Below the pieces are notes generated by a model. It was not told the origin of the DNA and did no database searches. It saw nothing but the letters and a program-made list of their open reading frames with translations. A stretch of DNA of 64,000 nucleotides from Terriglobia bacterium (GTDB lineage: Bacteria; Acidobacteriota; Terriglobia; JAJPHL01; JAPKYU01). The stretch covers positions 1-64,000 of the forward strand of contig CBDBKE010000003.1 in the NCBI GenBank assembly GCA_965206645.1. Reading direction: 5' to 3'. Shown here one piece after another: positions 19,735 to 29,006 of the stretch (position 1 is the stretch's first letter; every line of letters begins with the position of its first letter). The position numbers and the translations under genes are program-made.

Positions 19735-22152
19735 CTACCTCCTGGACAGGTGTTCAATGGCCTCGGTGAGGCCATACTGTTTGACTGCTTCCGCCCGCTT
19801 CTGAGCATCGACCGGCGACGAGGTATAGAGCCAATAGCTGGCCGGATCGACTTCGAGCCGTAAGATGCCCGCCGCGTCGGTGCGCCGTAGATAAAGCTCC
19901 CGTTTGGGGATCAAGCCGCGAATGGTGTTCACTTCCGAAGGATTGAGTCGGAAGGTATCAGCGGCTTTCTCCGGCAAATCGGGGTTGGCAAGGAATAGCT
20001 TGGTCGGCATGGATTCGAGCAACGCTTCCGCCCCTGCGGTCCCGGTAACGTCCACGGCGCTCTGCGTGGCGACGACGAGCGCCGCATTCTTCTTGCGCCA
20101 GGTCTTGGCGGCCTCGGCCAGGTAGCCGAGAATGGCCGGGTCTTTCAGGTAGCGCCAGGCTTCATCGACCACCATGAGTTTTACCCTTGCGGTCTCATCC
20201 GGGTTCTCCAAAGCCAGCCGCAACCGTTCGAGAAGGTAGAACAGCGCCGCTTCGCACAAGTCTTCGTGCTCCGCCGCGCCCGCCATGTCGATCACCTGCC
20301 AGTCCTGAAAGTTGAGATCGTCTCCGTCTGCCGGGTTGTCAAAGTACCTGGCCCACGCTCCGGCTCCGTGCCAACGGCCCAAAGCGGGCCACATCTTTGC
20401 GGGAAGGGAACGGACCAGCACCCCAAGGGTCCGCCGCTGGGGTGCAAAGGCATAGAGGTCTTCGACGCGGGCGCGAATCTCGCTGGGGTCTTCGCCGCTG
20501 AGTTTCCACCCGCCGATCCTCAACAGACGCGATATCCAGCCGGTGAGGAACTGGAAGCTCCGCTCCCCGACCGGGAGCGAGAAGGGCCGCAACCGGAAAC
20601 CGGCGCCCGCGCTCCCGTCGGGGGATAGCTCCATATAGCCTCCGCCTAGAAACTGCGTGAGCCAGCGATAGGAGCCGCCTAGATCGAGAATGAGAACACG
20701 CGGATCGTATTGGAGCGCCTGAACCAGCAGGAAATTGAGCAAGAAACTTTTACCCGCGCCGGTGGCGCCGAGAACCAGCGTGTGCCCCACGTCGCCTTGA
20801 AACAGATCGTAGTGGTAGGGAGTCCGCCATTGGGTCTCAAGGATCGCCAGCGCCGGCTTCCGCAAGTGGCCGCTCCGGGGTGTCCCCACCGGCGGCCCGA
20901 AGATCGGGGCCATCGAAGCGACCGCGCCCGCCGATACAAACACGGATCGAACCTGCCGCCGTCGCGGTTGCGCGGGCATCCGCGAGAACCAGGCCGGAAG
21001 CTGCCCGTAACCCTCCCGGATCAGCTTGGCGTCGTGGCTGGCGAAGATGCGCCGGATATCTCCGTCCAGGCTCTCGGTCTCGGGTAACGGGCCGTGGATC
21101 GCCACGGTCAGGGCCAGGTCGCCGTAGGCGATACCGTCCGTCTCCAACTCGACCAGGGCATCGCCCAGGCGCTCGGATTCCGCCGCCGTGTCCACCATCG
21201 CCGACGCCGTTCCCTCGGTTTCCTGAACGTGCGCGGACATCGAGTAGCGCTTCGAGAAGTAATGCCGCTGCGCCCCACGGATTTTGCGCCGGGCGGCATC
21301 GAGGCGCTGCGGCCGCCATTCGAGCGTAACGGTCATGGTTGCATCGAGCCGGTAAAGACCCTGCAGAAGATTGGCGCGAGCCGCAGCGGGAGGCGAAAGC
21401 AGCGAGTAGAGAATGACGGGTTCCCCGTCCAGGCGCAGATTGCGCCGCTCCGCTTCGAGCTCGGAGACGGCCAGCCGCCAGTTCATGCCGCTGCCGGTCG
21501 CGCCGTCCCAAAAGGTTCCGGGCCGGTTCGTGAGTTCATTCAAGACGAGAGACGCTTCCCGTGCTTCAAGCATCCGCACCGGCGTAAGGTCATCGACCAG
21601 CGCCCGGCTCGCCTCGACCAGCTGCCGAAAGCCCGCCGCCGCCGATTCGATAGAGGAATGGAGGTAAACGGATTCATGCCGGTTCCGCCTCCGGGCCATC
21701 CAGTTCTTGGCATAGGCTATCCACCACGGCCCGCCCGTCCTCTCGGTGGTGACGGCGGACAGATGCGGATCGTGAACCCATGCGACGTAGGCACTCACGT
21801 CCTGCACCCGTTCTTCCAGGAACGCCCGCCGCTTGCGCCGTCCGAGCGCGGCCACGCCCGACGCCGCGCCATCGGACTCGTCCGCAAAGTGGATCGGGCG
21901 GCGCAACAGGTAGAAGTAAAGCCGCGTCCGGGGATCGAGCCCGCTCAACATCCGCTGCCAGCGGTCGATCACCCGATCCAGTTGTTCGGGGGTCTGGCCG
22001 TCCAGGACGCGAGGCGTCATCCGCCCGATGCTCATAAGTTCTCCCGCCCGCGTCAGGCACGTTCGCCCATCTTCGAGCCAGCCCCACCAGGGCAGTTCCT
22101 CGGCCAGCGATTCTGCCGCGTCATAGTCCATGAGTTCGTTGTCCACGTTCAC
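19735..22152 (-). CDS. virB4: VirB4/TrbE ATPase
   Basis: GHTLVLGATGAGKS, VVDEAWRYL, RKKNAALVVATQS. Confidence 0.93.
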   Translation of the reverse strand: MNVDNELMDYDAAESLAEELPWWGWLEDGRTCLTRAGELMSIGRMTPRVLDGQTPEQLDRVIDRWQRMLSGLDPRTRLYFYLLRRPIHFADESDGAASGVAALGRRKRRAFLEERVQDVSAYVAWVHDPHLSAVTTERTGGPWWIAYAKNWMARRRNRHESVYLHSSIESAAAGFRQLVEASRALVDDLTPVRMLEAREASLVLNELTNRPGTFWDGATGSGMNWRLAVSELEAERRNLRLDGEPVILYSLLSPPAAARANLLQGLYRLDATMTVTLEWRPQRLDAARRKIRGAQRHYFSKRYSMSAHVQETEGTASAMVDTAAESERLGDALVELETDGIAYGDLALTVAIHGPLPETESLDGDIRRIFASHDAKLIREGYGQLPAWFSRMPAQPRRRQVRSVFVSAGAVASMAPIFGPPVGTPRSGHLRKPALAILETQWRTPYHYDLFQGDVGHTLVLGATGAGKSFLLNFLLVQALQYDPRVLILDLGGSYRWLTQFLGGGYMELSPDGSAGAGFRLRPFSLPVGERSFQFLTGWISRLLRIGGWKLSGEDPSEIRARVEDLYAFAPQRRTLGVLVRSLPAKMWPALGRWHGAGAWARYFDNPADGDDLNFQDWQVIDMAGAAEHEDLCEAALFYLLERLRLALENPDETARVKLMVVDEAWRYLKDPAILGYLAEAAKTWRKKNAALVVATQSAVDVTGTAGAEALLESMPTKLFLANPDLPEKAADTFRLNPSEVNTIRGLIPKRELYLRRTDAAGILRLEVDPASYWLYTSSPVDAQKRAEAVKQYGLTEAIEHLSRR

Positions 22153-22155
22153 GCG

Positions 22156-22452
22156 CTATCTCCGAATCAGGATCGTCCAGGGAGCCACCGCCCACTTGCC
22201 GGGATCGTAGCGGGCGCGAAACTTTGCCGACGCCCGTAGGATTTCAAGCATGTTGGGGTCTTGTTTCCAGGCCCAGAATCCCACGCCGTAGAGCACTCCG
22301 AAAATGACTCCCCCGGTCACAATGGAGTTGATGGCGTTCCACATGGCAAGGCCCAACGTGGCGCTCAGAAGGAACCAGCGCCGTTCCACGCCCATGATCG
22401 TGAGCGGTTTGGAAAGCGCCGGGTATCCGCGCCATGTCTTGCCGCGCTCCAT
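22156..22452 (-). CDS. virB3: VirB3 protein
   Basis: ALSKPLTIMGVER...KQDP, two TMs, between the pilin and virB4. Confidence 0.85.
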   Translation of the reverse strand: MERGKTWRGYPALSKPLTIMGVERRWFLLSATLGLAMWNAINSIVTGGVIFGVLYGVGFWAWKQDPNMLEILRASAKFRARYDPGKWAVAPWTILIRR

Positions 22453-22745
22453 CAGAAGAGCCACGCCAGAAAGTTGGCCGCGCCCATGGCCATGCCAAGA
22501 CCGAAGACGATCCCGGCCAGGGCCTTTTTGCTGCCGCCTTCGCCAAAGGCGAACATGAGCCCGCCCACCACGATGGCAATCAAGCTCAGTCCTCGCGCAA
22601 TGGGTCCGGTGAACGCCGCCTGCAGCACGTCTATGGCTTGCAGCCAGGGGCTTGTTCCCTGCGCCATGAGTTCACCCGCCGATAGTGCAAGGATGCTCGC
22701 CAGGAGAGCTCCCCGCTTCCAGGTGATTAAGTTTTTGTTCTTCAT
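22452..22745 (-). CDS. virB2: VirB2/TrbC pilin
   Basis: MKNKN...SPWLQAIDVLQAAFTGPIARGLSLIAIVVGGLMFAFGEGG. Confidence 0.9.
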   Translation of the reverse strand: MKNKNLITWKRGALLASILALSAGELMAQGTSPWLQAIDVLQAAFTGPIARGLSLIAIVVGGLMFAFGEGGSKKALAGIVFGLGMAMGAANFLAWLF

Positions 22746-22777
22746 GCTTCCCTCCGTGTCTGTTGGGTTGTTGTGCG

Positions 22778-23101
22778 TCAGGCTCCGGGAAACTGCCCCC
22801 GGTCCTCTTGTTCCAGTTTTTCGGCAAGCTCGATTTGCCCGCCCTCGCCGCGCCGGATGGACCGCTCCATCAGATCGACCTTGCGGCCCATGTCGGCCAG
22901 CCCCAAGGCGCGGGCGGCGGAGTAGATCACGACCATCAGCGTCACCACGGCCAGCCCGCCATACCACGCAACCGGCATCCAGTAGTCGGTTGCGATGATT
23001 CCTAAGTACGGCTTGAGATAAGCGAAGCTCTCGCCGGCGAGCATCAAGGCCACGGCCAGGATGATGGCCGTCAGTCCAATGCTGATCTTCCACGGTTGCA
23101 T
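22778..23101 (-). CDS. Small two-TM membrane protein of the transfer operon
   Basis: RBS GGAG before MQPWKISIGL, two hydrophobic segments, tightly packed in the operon. Confidence 0.65.
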   Translation of the reverse strand: MQPWKISIGLTAIILAVALMLAGESFAYLKPYLGIIATDYWMPVAWYGGLAVVTLMVVIYSAARALGLADMGRKVDLMERSIRRGEGGQIELAEKLEQEDRGQFPGA

Positions 23102-23111
23102 CGCTTCTCCC

Positions 23112-24008
23112 TTAGAGTTCGATGGAGCCCTTGTCTCGTCTGCCGCCGCTTCCCCCTCCGCCTCCGGTGCTGTGGTCCTGGCCGAGCGACCGCGCCACTC
23201 GCGCCGCCGCCCGCCCATTGCTTCCATGCACGGCGAATCCAGCGGCGGCTTTCGCGCCGATACTCTTGGCGCTGTAGTGCTCGGTCGCAATCTCCACGTT
23301 CACGCGCCCGCTGCGGCCCTCGATGTCGTACTCCAGCTGCGCGTCCGGGTACTCCACCCGTCCATCCTTGACGGGGAGCCCCAGCGCCTCCGCCGCCTCA
23401 AACCGTGCGGCGTCCGCCGCCTCCTTTCCGCCTCGCGCTCTCGCGCTTTCCGTGGCGCGGGCGACCTCGCGCTTGAGTTCGGCGTCAATACGGACCCGCT
23501 TGAGGACGGCTCCTTGTTCGAGCAACCGCACTTGCTCAATCCTTGCGGCTCGAAACACCGCAACATCGTGTTGCAGTTCATTGGGCTTCACGAGGCCGCT
23601 CCATGCTTTCTGCTCTTTGTCGAGTCCTTGTTCGCGGGCTACCCGCCCGGCCCGCTCTACTCCGCGCTCGGTGAGCGTGAGCACCTCGTAGGCGCCGCCT
23701 TGCGGCCCCTCGGCAGTGTGCTCCCGGACGTGCCCGGCCCGAATCATGCGATCCACGGCCCGACGCGCCGCGTAAGGGTGTCCATCGAAGTGAGCATCGG
23801 CCAGATCGCGGTAGGCGACACCGCGATACATCCCCACGTCGGCCACCGCCCGATCCGCCCGCTCCTGGAAGTTCTGGCGCTCCGTGCGGGGATCGTATTC
23901 GCGCCGGTGGCCGTCGCGCTCCCGCTGTTCCCGTTCTTTGGTGTGGTCGCGCCTGGGGCGCGTTACGGTCCTGCGGGGATCGGTAGCTAGGTCTGGCGGA
24001 TCGAACAC
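23112..24008 (-). CDS. Replic_Relax / MOB_C-like protein (wHTH + PD-(D/E)XK), candidate relaxase
   Basis: wHTH wing LTLTERG, ELQHDVAV (H-D) and YPDAQL...NVEIATEHY (PD...E). Charged C-terminal tail. Confidence 0.65.
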   Translation of the reverse strand: MFDPPDLATDPRRTVTRPRRDHTKEREQRERDGHRREYDPRTERQNFQERADRAVADVGMYRGVAYRDLADAHFDGHPYAARRAVDRMIRAGHVREHTAEGPQGGAYEVLTLTERGVERAGRVAREQGLDKEQKAWSGLVKPNELQHDVAVFRAARIEQVRLLEQGAVLKRVRIDAELKREVARATESARARGGKEAADAARFEAAEALGLPVKDGRVEYPDAQLEYDIEGRSGRVNVEIATEHYSAKSIGAKAAAGFAVHGSNGRAAARVARSLGQDHSTGGGGGSGGRRDKGSIEL

Positions 24009-24017
24009 GACGGCTCC

Positions 24018-25103
24018 TTACCGGCTCAACCCAGCCTCGCGTTGGAGCTTCTGCGCGTGTTGTTCCGTGGATTGCTTCGGCGTCTGGCTGATCTGCGGCC
24101 CGCGAGCATGAGAATATTGGTGGCTCAACTCCGCCGCCGTCTTCTCCTTGACCGGCGCTTCGCGCTCGTGCTCGACCGCACGATCCATCAGGTAATTGGT
24201 CATCTGTTGCGCGTCCCGCGCCGCTCTATGAATCTCGTGCGGGTCTTTTTCCAGGACCGCAACCCAATTCTCGACGTAGGCCGCGCCTCGCTGCGGGTCA
24301 TGCCCCACGCCCACGCGCTCCCCCGTCATCATGGCGCTGATCTCGGCACGCAATTCCTCGCGGGCGTACTCCGGCGATCCAAAGCCCTTGTCCAGTCCAT
24401 CCTTGAGCGTGTCGCGGTTCATGCGGTCCGGATGCCCGGTCGAGTGGCCGCATTCGTGAAGCGCCGTTTGGTAGTAGCCGTTGCGCGTCGGGAATTGGGA
24501 CGGCTCCGGGAGCACCACCTTGTCTTCGGCGATCCGATAGTAGGCCCGATCTCCGGGGACGTGCTCGACCCTCGGCCCGCTGGCCTCAATCACCTTCTCC
24601 GCATCGCGGTGGGCGTCCCATTCGGGCCGCGCCTGTCGAGAGCGCGGCTTCAACTCCAATCCATCGACTTGCTCGACGTTGAACACGGTGTACTGCTTAC
24701 AGATGGGATGGGAACGCTGCTCTTCTTCGTAGATCGTCTTGCCGTCCTTGTCCTTGAGCACCTTGCCCTGCTCGTCCTTTGCGGGCCGCGCCGTCCGATC
24801 CGTGAAAAACAAGACCTGCGTCCCTTTCTCGCCTTTGCGAACCTGCCCGCCCGCCGCTTGGATCTGGTTGTAGGTACCCCAGCGGTTATCGCCGTGGCCC
24901 TGACGGATGCCCCGGCTCATCAGGTAGAGGCTGTTCCCGCCGGTGTAGGATTTGCCGGTCGAGAGGTTCTCCGGGCTGCTCTGCTCCCCCGGCTTCCACG
25001 GCTTCTGCCATGGCGCCACGCCCGCCTTGATTTGTTCGATGAGTTCCCCGCTGACTTTCTCGGCGTAGTCCTCGCTGCGCCGCCAGAACGACTTTGTTTC
25101 CAT
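24018..25103 (-). CDS. ardC: ArdC antirestriction ssDNA-binding/zincin protein
   Basis: APWQKPW, YTGGNSLYL, GGQVRKGEKG, VFNVEQ, LHECGHSTGH, YAREELRAE. Confidence 0.93.
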   Translation of the reverse strand: METKSFWRRSEDYAEKVSGELIEQIKAGVAPWQKPWKPGEQSSPENLSTGKSYTGGNSLYLMSRGIRQGHGDNRWGTYNQIQAAGGQVRKGEKGTQVLFFTDRTARPAKDEQGKVLKDKDGKTIYEEEQRSHPICKQYTVFNVEQVDGLELKPRSRQARPEWDAHRDAEKVIEASGPRVEHVPGDRAYYRIAEDKVVLPEPSQFPTRNGYYQTALHECGHSTGHPDRMNRDTLKDGLDKGFGSPEYAREELRAEISAMMTGERVGVGHDPQRGAAYVENWVAVLEKDPHEIHRAARDAQQMTNYLMDRAVEHEREAPVKEKTAAELSHQYSHARGPQISQTPKQSTEQHAQKLQREAGLSR

Positions 25104-25120
25104 GCCCCGCCTCCGTTTCT

Positions 25121-25315
25121 CTAATCGTGCCGGTCGTGTCGCGCCTGGTCGATCTCGGCGACGGTTCCCACGTCCTCGTTCATAGGCACTCCGATCCGCT
25201 CCGCCAGTTCCCGCGTCAGTTCAACCGCGAGCCCTCGATTCAGCGCCTCGTGAAATTCAGCCTCCGTCGTGGCCGTGGCGTACTTCTCGCCGTTCTCTTC
25301 TTTTTTTGGAATCAT
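25121..25315 (-). CDS. Hypothetical protein
   Basis: RBS GGAG, co-oriented just upstream of ardC. Confidence 0.5.
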   Translation of the reverse strand: MIPKKEENGEKYATATTEAEFHEALNRGLAVELTRELAERIGVPMNEDVGTVAEIDQARHDRHD

Positions 25316-25336
25316 GGTTTCTCCCTCTCTGGGTTG

Positions 25337-25789
25337 TCAGCGCCCATCAAGAAGTAAAAGATCGCTTGAGGTGCGGCCGCAGATGATGCAGGCGGGTTCA
25401 AATTCGGCGCTCTCGGCATATCGAGCCTCCCCGGAGACGCTTCCCGATCCGTTTTCGGACCGGGAGGGCTCCGCGGCCACGATACTGTCCGAATCGAAGT
25501 TCGCGGGGGAAGTATGATCCGTCACGCGGCGGCGGCAGCGTTCCCGGTAGGCCCGTTGCCGGTCGCGGTGATCGAGCCGTCCCTCCCGGCTTTGCTGGTG
25601 CCGCCGGTTGGCGGCTCTCAGTTGTTGCCGCCGTGCTTTCCGCCGGCATCGGTCGCTGCAGTATCGGTGGCCCCGGTCACAATGACGGCAGATCCAGAAC
25701 ACCGCGCCACAGCCGACACTCCGGCAAAACCGTTGGCGCAGGGGCTCTTCGCGGGTCCCCATCGCCGCCCTTCCGGCGGGACTGGCCAA
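25337..25789 (-). CDS. Cys-rich basic putative Zn-binding protein
   Basis: CxxxxC...CxxC...YCxxxC followed by an Arg/Gln-rich helix, plus C-terminal CxxCG. Confidence 0.6.
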   Translation of the reverse strand: MASPAGRAAMGTREEPLRQRFCRSVGCGAVFWICRHCDRGHRYCSDRCRRKARRQQLRAANRRHQQSREGRLDHRDRQRAYRERCRRRVTDHTSPANFDSDSIVAAEPSRSENGSGSVSGEARYAESAEFEPACIICGRTSSDLLLLDGR

Positions 25790-25857
25790 CCGCGACTCGG
25801 CTTGGCAGGCGGGATCTTATCTACGGAGGATGTTCGGTCGTTTTTCGGGTCGGCACA

Positions 25858-25890
25858 AAAACCCCGATCGCTGCTAACGGTCGGGGTTTT
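25858..25890. terminator. Bidirectional terminator-like hairpin upstream of the transfer operon
   Basis: AAAACCCCGA-N13-TCGGGGTTTT with A/T tracts on both sides. Confidence 0.6.
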
Positions 25891-26240
25891 CCATTTCCGC
25901 CTTCGGCCAAATCACGCGCCAGACCGCGTATCCCTCGCCTGGCGGCGGCTGTCCATCCGCGAAACGACAATCGCGAACGGGACGCACGACGCGATCTTAG
26001 GCGTGGCTATCTCAGCGACCCCGATCCTCCTGGTGCTCTGGATCATCAATCGGATGCGTCACCGGGAGCGGAGCTTCCAGAGCGCGGTCGGGGTCTCCCT
26101 CTTGGAATTCGTCCTTGTGCCTTCCGTATCGGCGGGCGCTGCTTTTCTTTGGGTTCGCTCGGGCGGGGAATTCAATCAGGCGCTCGGTGTGGGTGTCGTT
26201 CTCTACATCCTCGGTTCTTGGATGTTTCGCCGGCGGATCA

Positions 26241-26502
26241 TGTAGAGCGTATAGGGGCCGTTGCGACGGACATACCGATGCCGGTGGCCGGGGTTGGTGC
26301 GGGGCAGGCTGCACAGCACCATCAGCCGCGCCATGAAGCCTAGATCGGGGTCCGCTTCGCCGGCGCTGACAAGCTGGTTTACTTGATCGGCCACGGTGAA
26401 AGAGTGCCGCGCCTGGGGCGTGGCTTCGCGGATCGCCTTCACCGGTTCGTCCAGGCCGGAGAGAACTTCGGCGGCGAGAAGCAATCCTTGTTTGCTCTGC
26501 AT
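26241..26502 (-). pseudogene. N-terminal fragment of plasmid RepA (RepA_C / IncW-like)
   Basis: FTVADQVNQLV...DPDLGFMARLMVLCSLPRTNPG...RRNGPYTL. Similarity stops near 26241, where it meets a + strand membrane ORF. Confidence 0.7.
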
Positions 26503-26550
26503 GCCCTATTCTCCCATGCCCCTCAGACAAGACAGGGACACTACCGGCGT

Positions 26551-27873
26551 CTATTCCTGAGACATCCTCTCTGGAACCGGCACCACCGGAAGCGTCGTGA
26601 AGATGCGCGTGCCGGGGTCCATTTCCAGGGCCACGGCGGTAAACAGATCCCCCCCTGGCGCACTGCAGCGCACCGACCCTGCGAAGTCGGACGTATCGGT
26701 GCCGGGGAACGCCTGGTCGATGAGCCAGGCCGTCTGCCCGTTGGCCTCCAGAGGGATGCTCGCGCCGTCGAGCAGCACACCCTCTCGCATCAAGTCGCAG
26801 TGCACCAACCCCGCACTCGATTCCAGGTTGTGGAGCGCGACCCCCGTCGTGATTCCTCCCTCCTGGCGGCGCACCGGGAAGAGGGCGTCGCTGACGGGCG
26901 GGCTGGCTCCCACCCCGGCCACTCCGAGGTCGGGGTGCTCAAACCGGAGCATCCCGCCGATGGGACCCTCCGAGACCACCCGCACCGATCCCGACACCAG
27001 CGCCCCTCGCCCGTGGGTCGAGATCGTGAGTACTCCCAGCGGCTCCATCTCGGTGCGGACCGTCAGAGCGCCGTCCTCGGTGATCTCCAGATCGCCCGTG
27101 ATGTCCACCACCGATTCGGCGGCAATCGGGTTGCCCTCGGTGTCGTAGAAATAAATCTCGGGACGGCTCGGAAGGATGTCCGTATGAAAGGGGGTGGGGG
27201 CGGGACGGCTCGGCTGGATGGACAGATTCAAGAACACCAGATCGGTGATCCAAGTCCCGTTGGCGAAATGCGCAAAATCCAGGACCGTCTCCCCGCCCCC
27301 GCCTCCCGTCCGGTCCACCGGCACCACCGAAAGCGTGTTAAAGATGCGCTGGGTGGCATCCATCTCCACGGCGATGGCGGTGAACCGTCTGCTACCGAGC
27401 ACGGTGCAGCGCACCGACCCCAGGAAATCGGACGTATCGGTCGTGGAGAACGCCTCTTCGATGAACCAGGAAGCCTGCCCGTTGGCCTCCAGAGGAATCT
27501 CCACCTCTTCGAGCGAGACGCCCCCGCTCATCAATCGGCAGCTCACCCCCATCGCTTCCGATCCCAGGTTGTGGAGCGCCGTCGCCGTGCGGATTCCTCC
27601 CTCCTGGCGGCGGGCCGGGAACAGGACATCCCGGACGGGCGGGCTGGCTCCTACCCCGGCCACCCCGATCTCTGGGACGCCATAGCGCACGCCGCCGCCG
27701 AGGGGACCGTCCGAGAGGACCTTCACCGATCCCGACACCAGCTCGCCTTGCCCGTGGGTTGAAATCGTGAGTTCCCCCAGCGGCTCCATCTCCGTCCGGA
27801 CGGTCAGGCCTCCGTCCTCGGTGACCTCCAGATCGACCGTCACGTCCACCACCGATGCGGGGTCAATGAGATG
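26551..27873 (-). pseudogene. C-terminal part of a repeat-containing putative surface protein, 5'-truncated by a MITE
   Basis: Two homologous units (VDITGDLEITEDGALTVRTEMEPLG...FTTLPVVPV). The frame is open up to the MITE at 27874. Confidence 0.7.
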
Positions 27874-28004
27874 GGTACTGTCAAGTTGAGCAGAATCTGT
27901 CCGTTTTGCGGAAGGATTCTGCTGGATCAGAGACTGATAATCAATGACTTAGCGGTGGCGGCGGGCGGCGAGAATGCCGCCAAACTGCTTAACTTGACAG
28001 TACC
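27874..28004. mobile_element. 131-bp IS6-type MITE, copy 1
   Basis: 14-bp TIRs GGTACTGTCAAGTT/AACTTGACAGTACC, the same as the IS6 at 42433. Inverted near-identical copy at 54809. Confidence 0.9.
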
Positions 28005-28041
28005 TCGCGGCGACTGTGTCCGTATTCCAAGGCAGCGAGGG

Positions 28042-28212
28042 TCAGTCCAATGCTTCGAGAGTGATGGTGATGCGATTGGGGGGAGGCGTGGGGAGCGCCC
28101 ACTTCTGGACGTATAGGGTGCCGATCTTCGGCGGCTGCCCCGTCGTTTCCTCGGCGTAGCGGAACGTTCCTTTGGTCTCTTTCTCCAGCTTGAATTGAGC
28201 GGAAAGCTGCAT
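28042..28212 (-). CDS. Small hypothetical beta-rich protein (56 aa)
   Basis: RBS GGGAGGG, then MQLSAQFKLEKETKGTFRYAEE...IGTLYVQKWAL. Confidence 0.6.
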   Translation of the reverse strand: MQLSAQFKLEKETKGTFRYAEETTGQPPKIGTLYVQKWALPTPPPNRITITLEALD

Positions 28213-28338
28213 TTTCCCTCCCACTATTATTTACGTGCCTACTCAGCCCGTCTCCTCGGCATCTGTATCGCGCCGTCCAAGATTATCCCTGCGTTCCTCC
28301 CTGTTTGCGAACGTCCTAAACAGGGAAGCAATTTCCGG

Positions 28339-28644
28339 TCAGGCCGGAACGTAACGCTGGACACTGACTTCGTTTGCTCGCGCGCGCATCTGCGAAGCGT
28401 CGTGCCAGGCCTGCATCCGCAGCAGCATGTCCATGCTCACATCAAAGGCCTTCTCGATGCGCAGCGCCATCTCCGGGGACAACGCGGCATTACAGTTCAG
28501 CAGGTCCGAAAGCGTCGCCCGGCGGACACCGAGAATCTCCGCCGCCTTCGTCACGTTCAAACCCAGTTCCTCAATGACCTCCGTTCGGATGAAGTCGCCC
28601 GGATGGGAAGGGGTCATGTTCACCTTGATGTCGTTGGTAGCCAT
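28339..28644 (-). CDS. higA: HigA antitoxin
   Basis: PSHPGDFI...VTKAAEILGVRRATLSDLLN...SPEMALRIEKAF...LRMQAWHD. Confidence 0.92.
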   Translation of the reverse strand: MATNDIKVNMTPSHPGDFIRTEVIEELGLNVTKAAEILGVRRATLSDLLNCNAALSPEMALRIEKAFDVSMDMLLRMQAWHDASQMRARANEVSVQRYVPA

Positions 28645-28890
28645 CAGTGGTAATCCTCCAGGTTCAAGCGGTCGATGTAACCATCCTCTTCTTCAACGTG
28701 ATCCGTCAATTACCGGAAACTGAAACGCTCCATTCTTTCCGCCGGTAACCTGAGAGCCGGTGGACGCGCCAGCCGGGTGATGCATCGCCAATAAACCCGT
28801 CGATGTGCTCGGCCAGAATCAGTACCGTCAATATCTTACGCACCCGGTCGACCAGGTTCCGCCGCAGGAACCGGGGGTTGTCGTTCGCGC
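28644..28890 (-). pseudogene. higB: Degraded HigB toxin
   Basis: PGWRVHRLSG...EWSVSVSGN*RIT shows a Trp-to-TGA change. A frameshift follows before EEEDGYIDRLNLEDYH*. The 5' end is lost. Confidence 0.8.
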
Positions 28891-29006
28891 AATCCCCGGT
28901 GGCGGACAGAGCGAACGATCACGATAGTAATGTACGGTAATACCGTTCACCGCGCAAGTCCTTTATCGGCCGCCGCCAGGAAAGCTTGGGAGACTTCGCT
29001 CACGAT

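Noticed and set aside
14934-25124. Long + strand ORFs (e.g. 21094..22239, 23061..23990, 24042..25124)
   Set aside because: Antisense shadows of GC-rich - strand genes, with no recognisable motifs.
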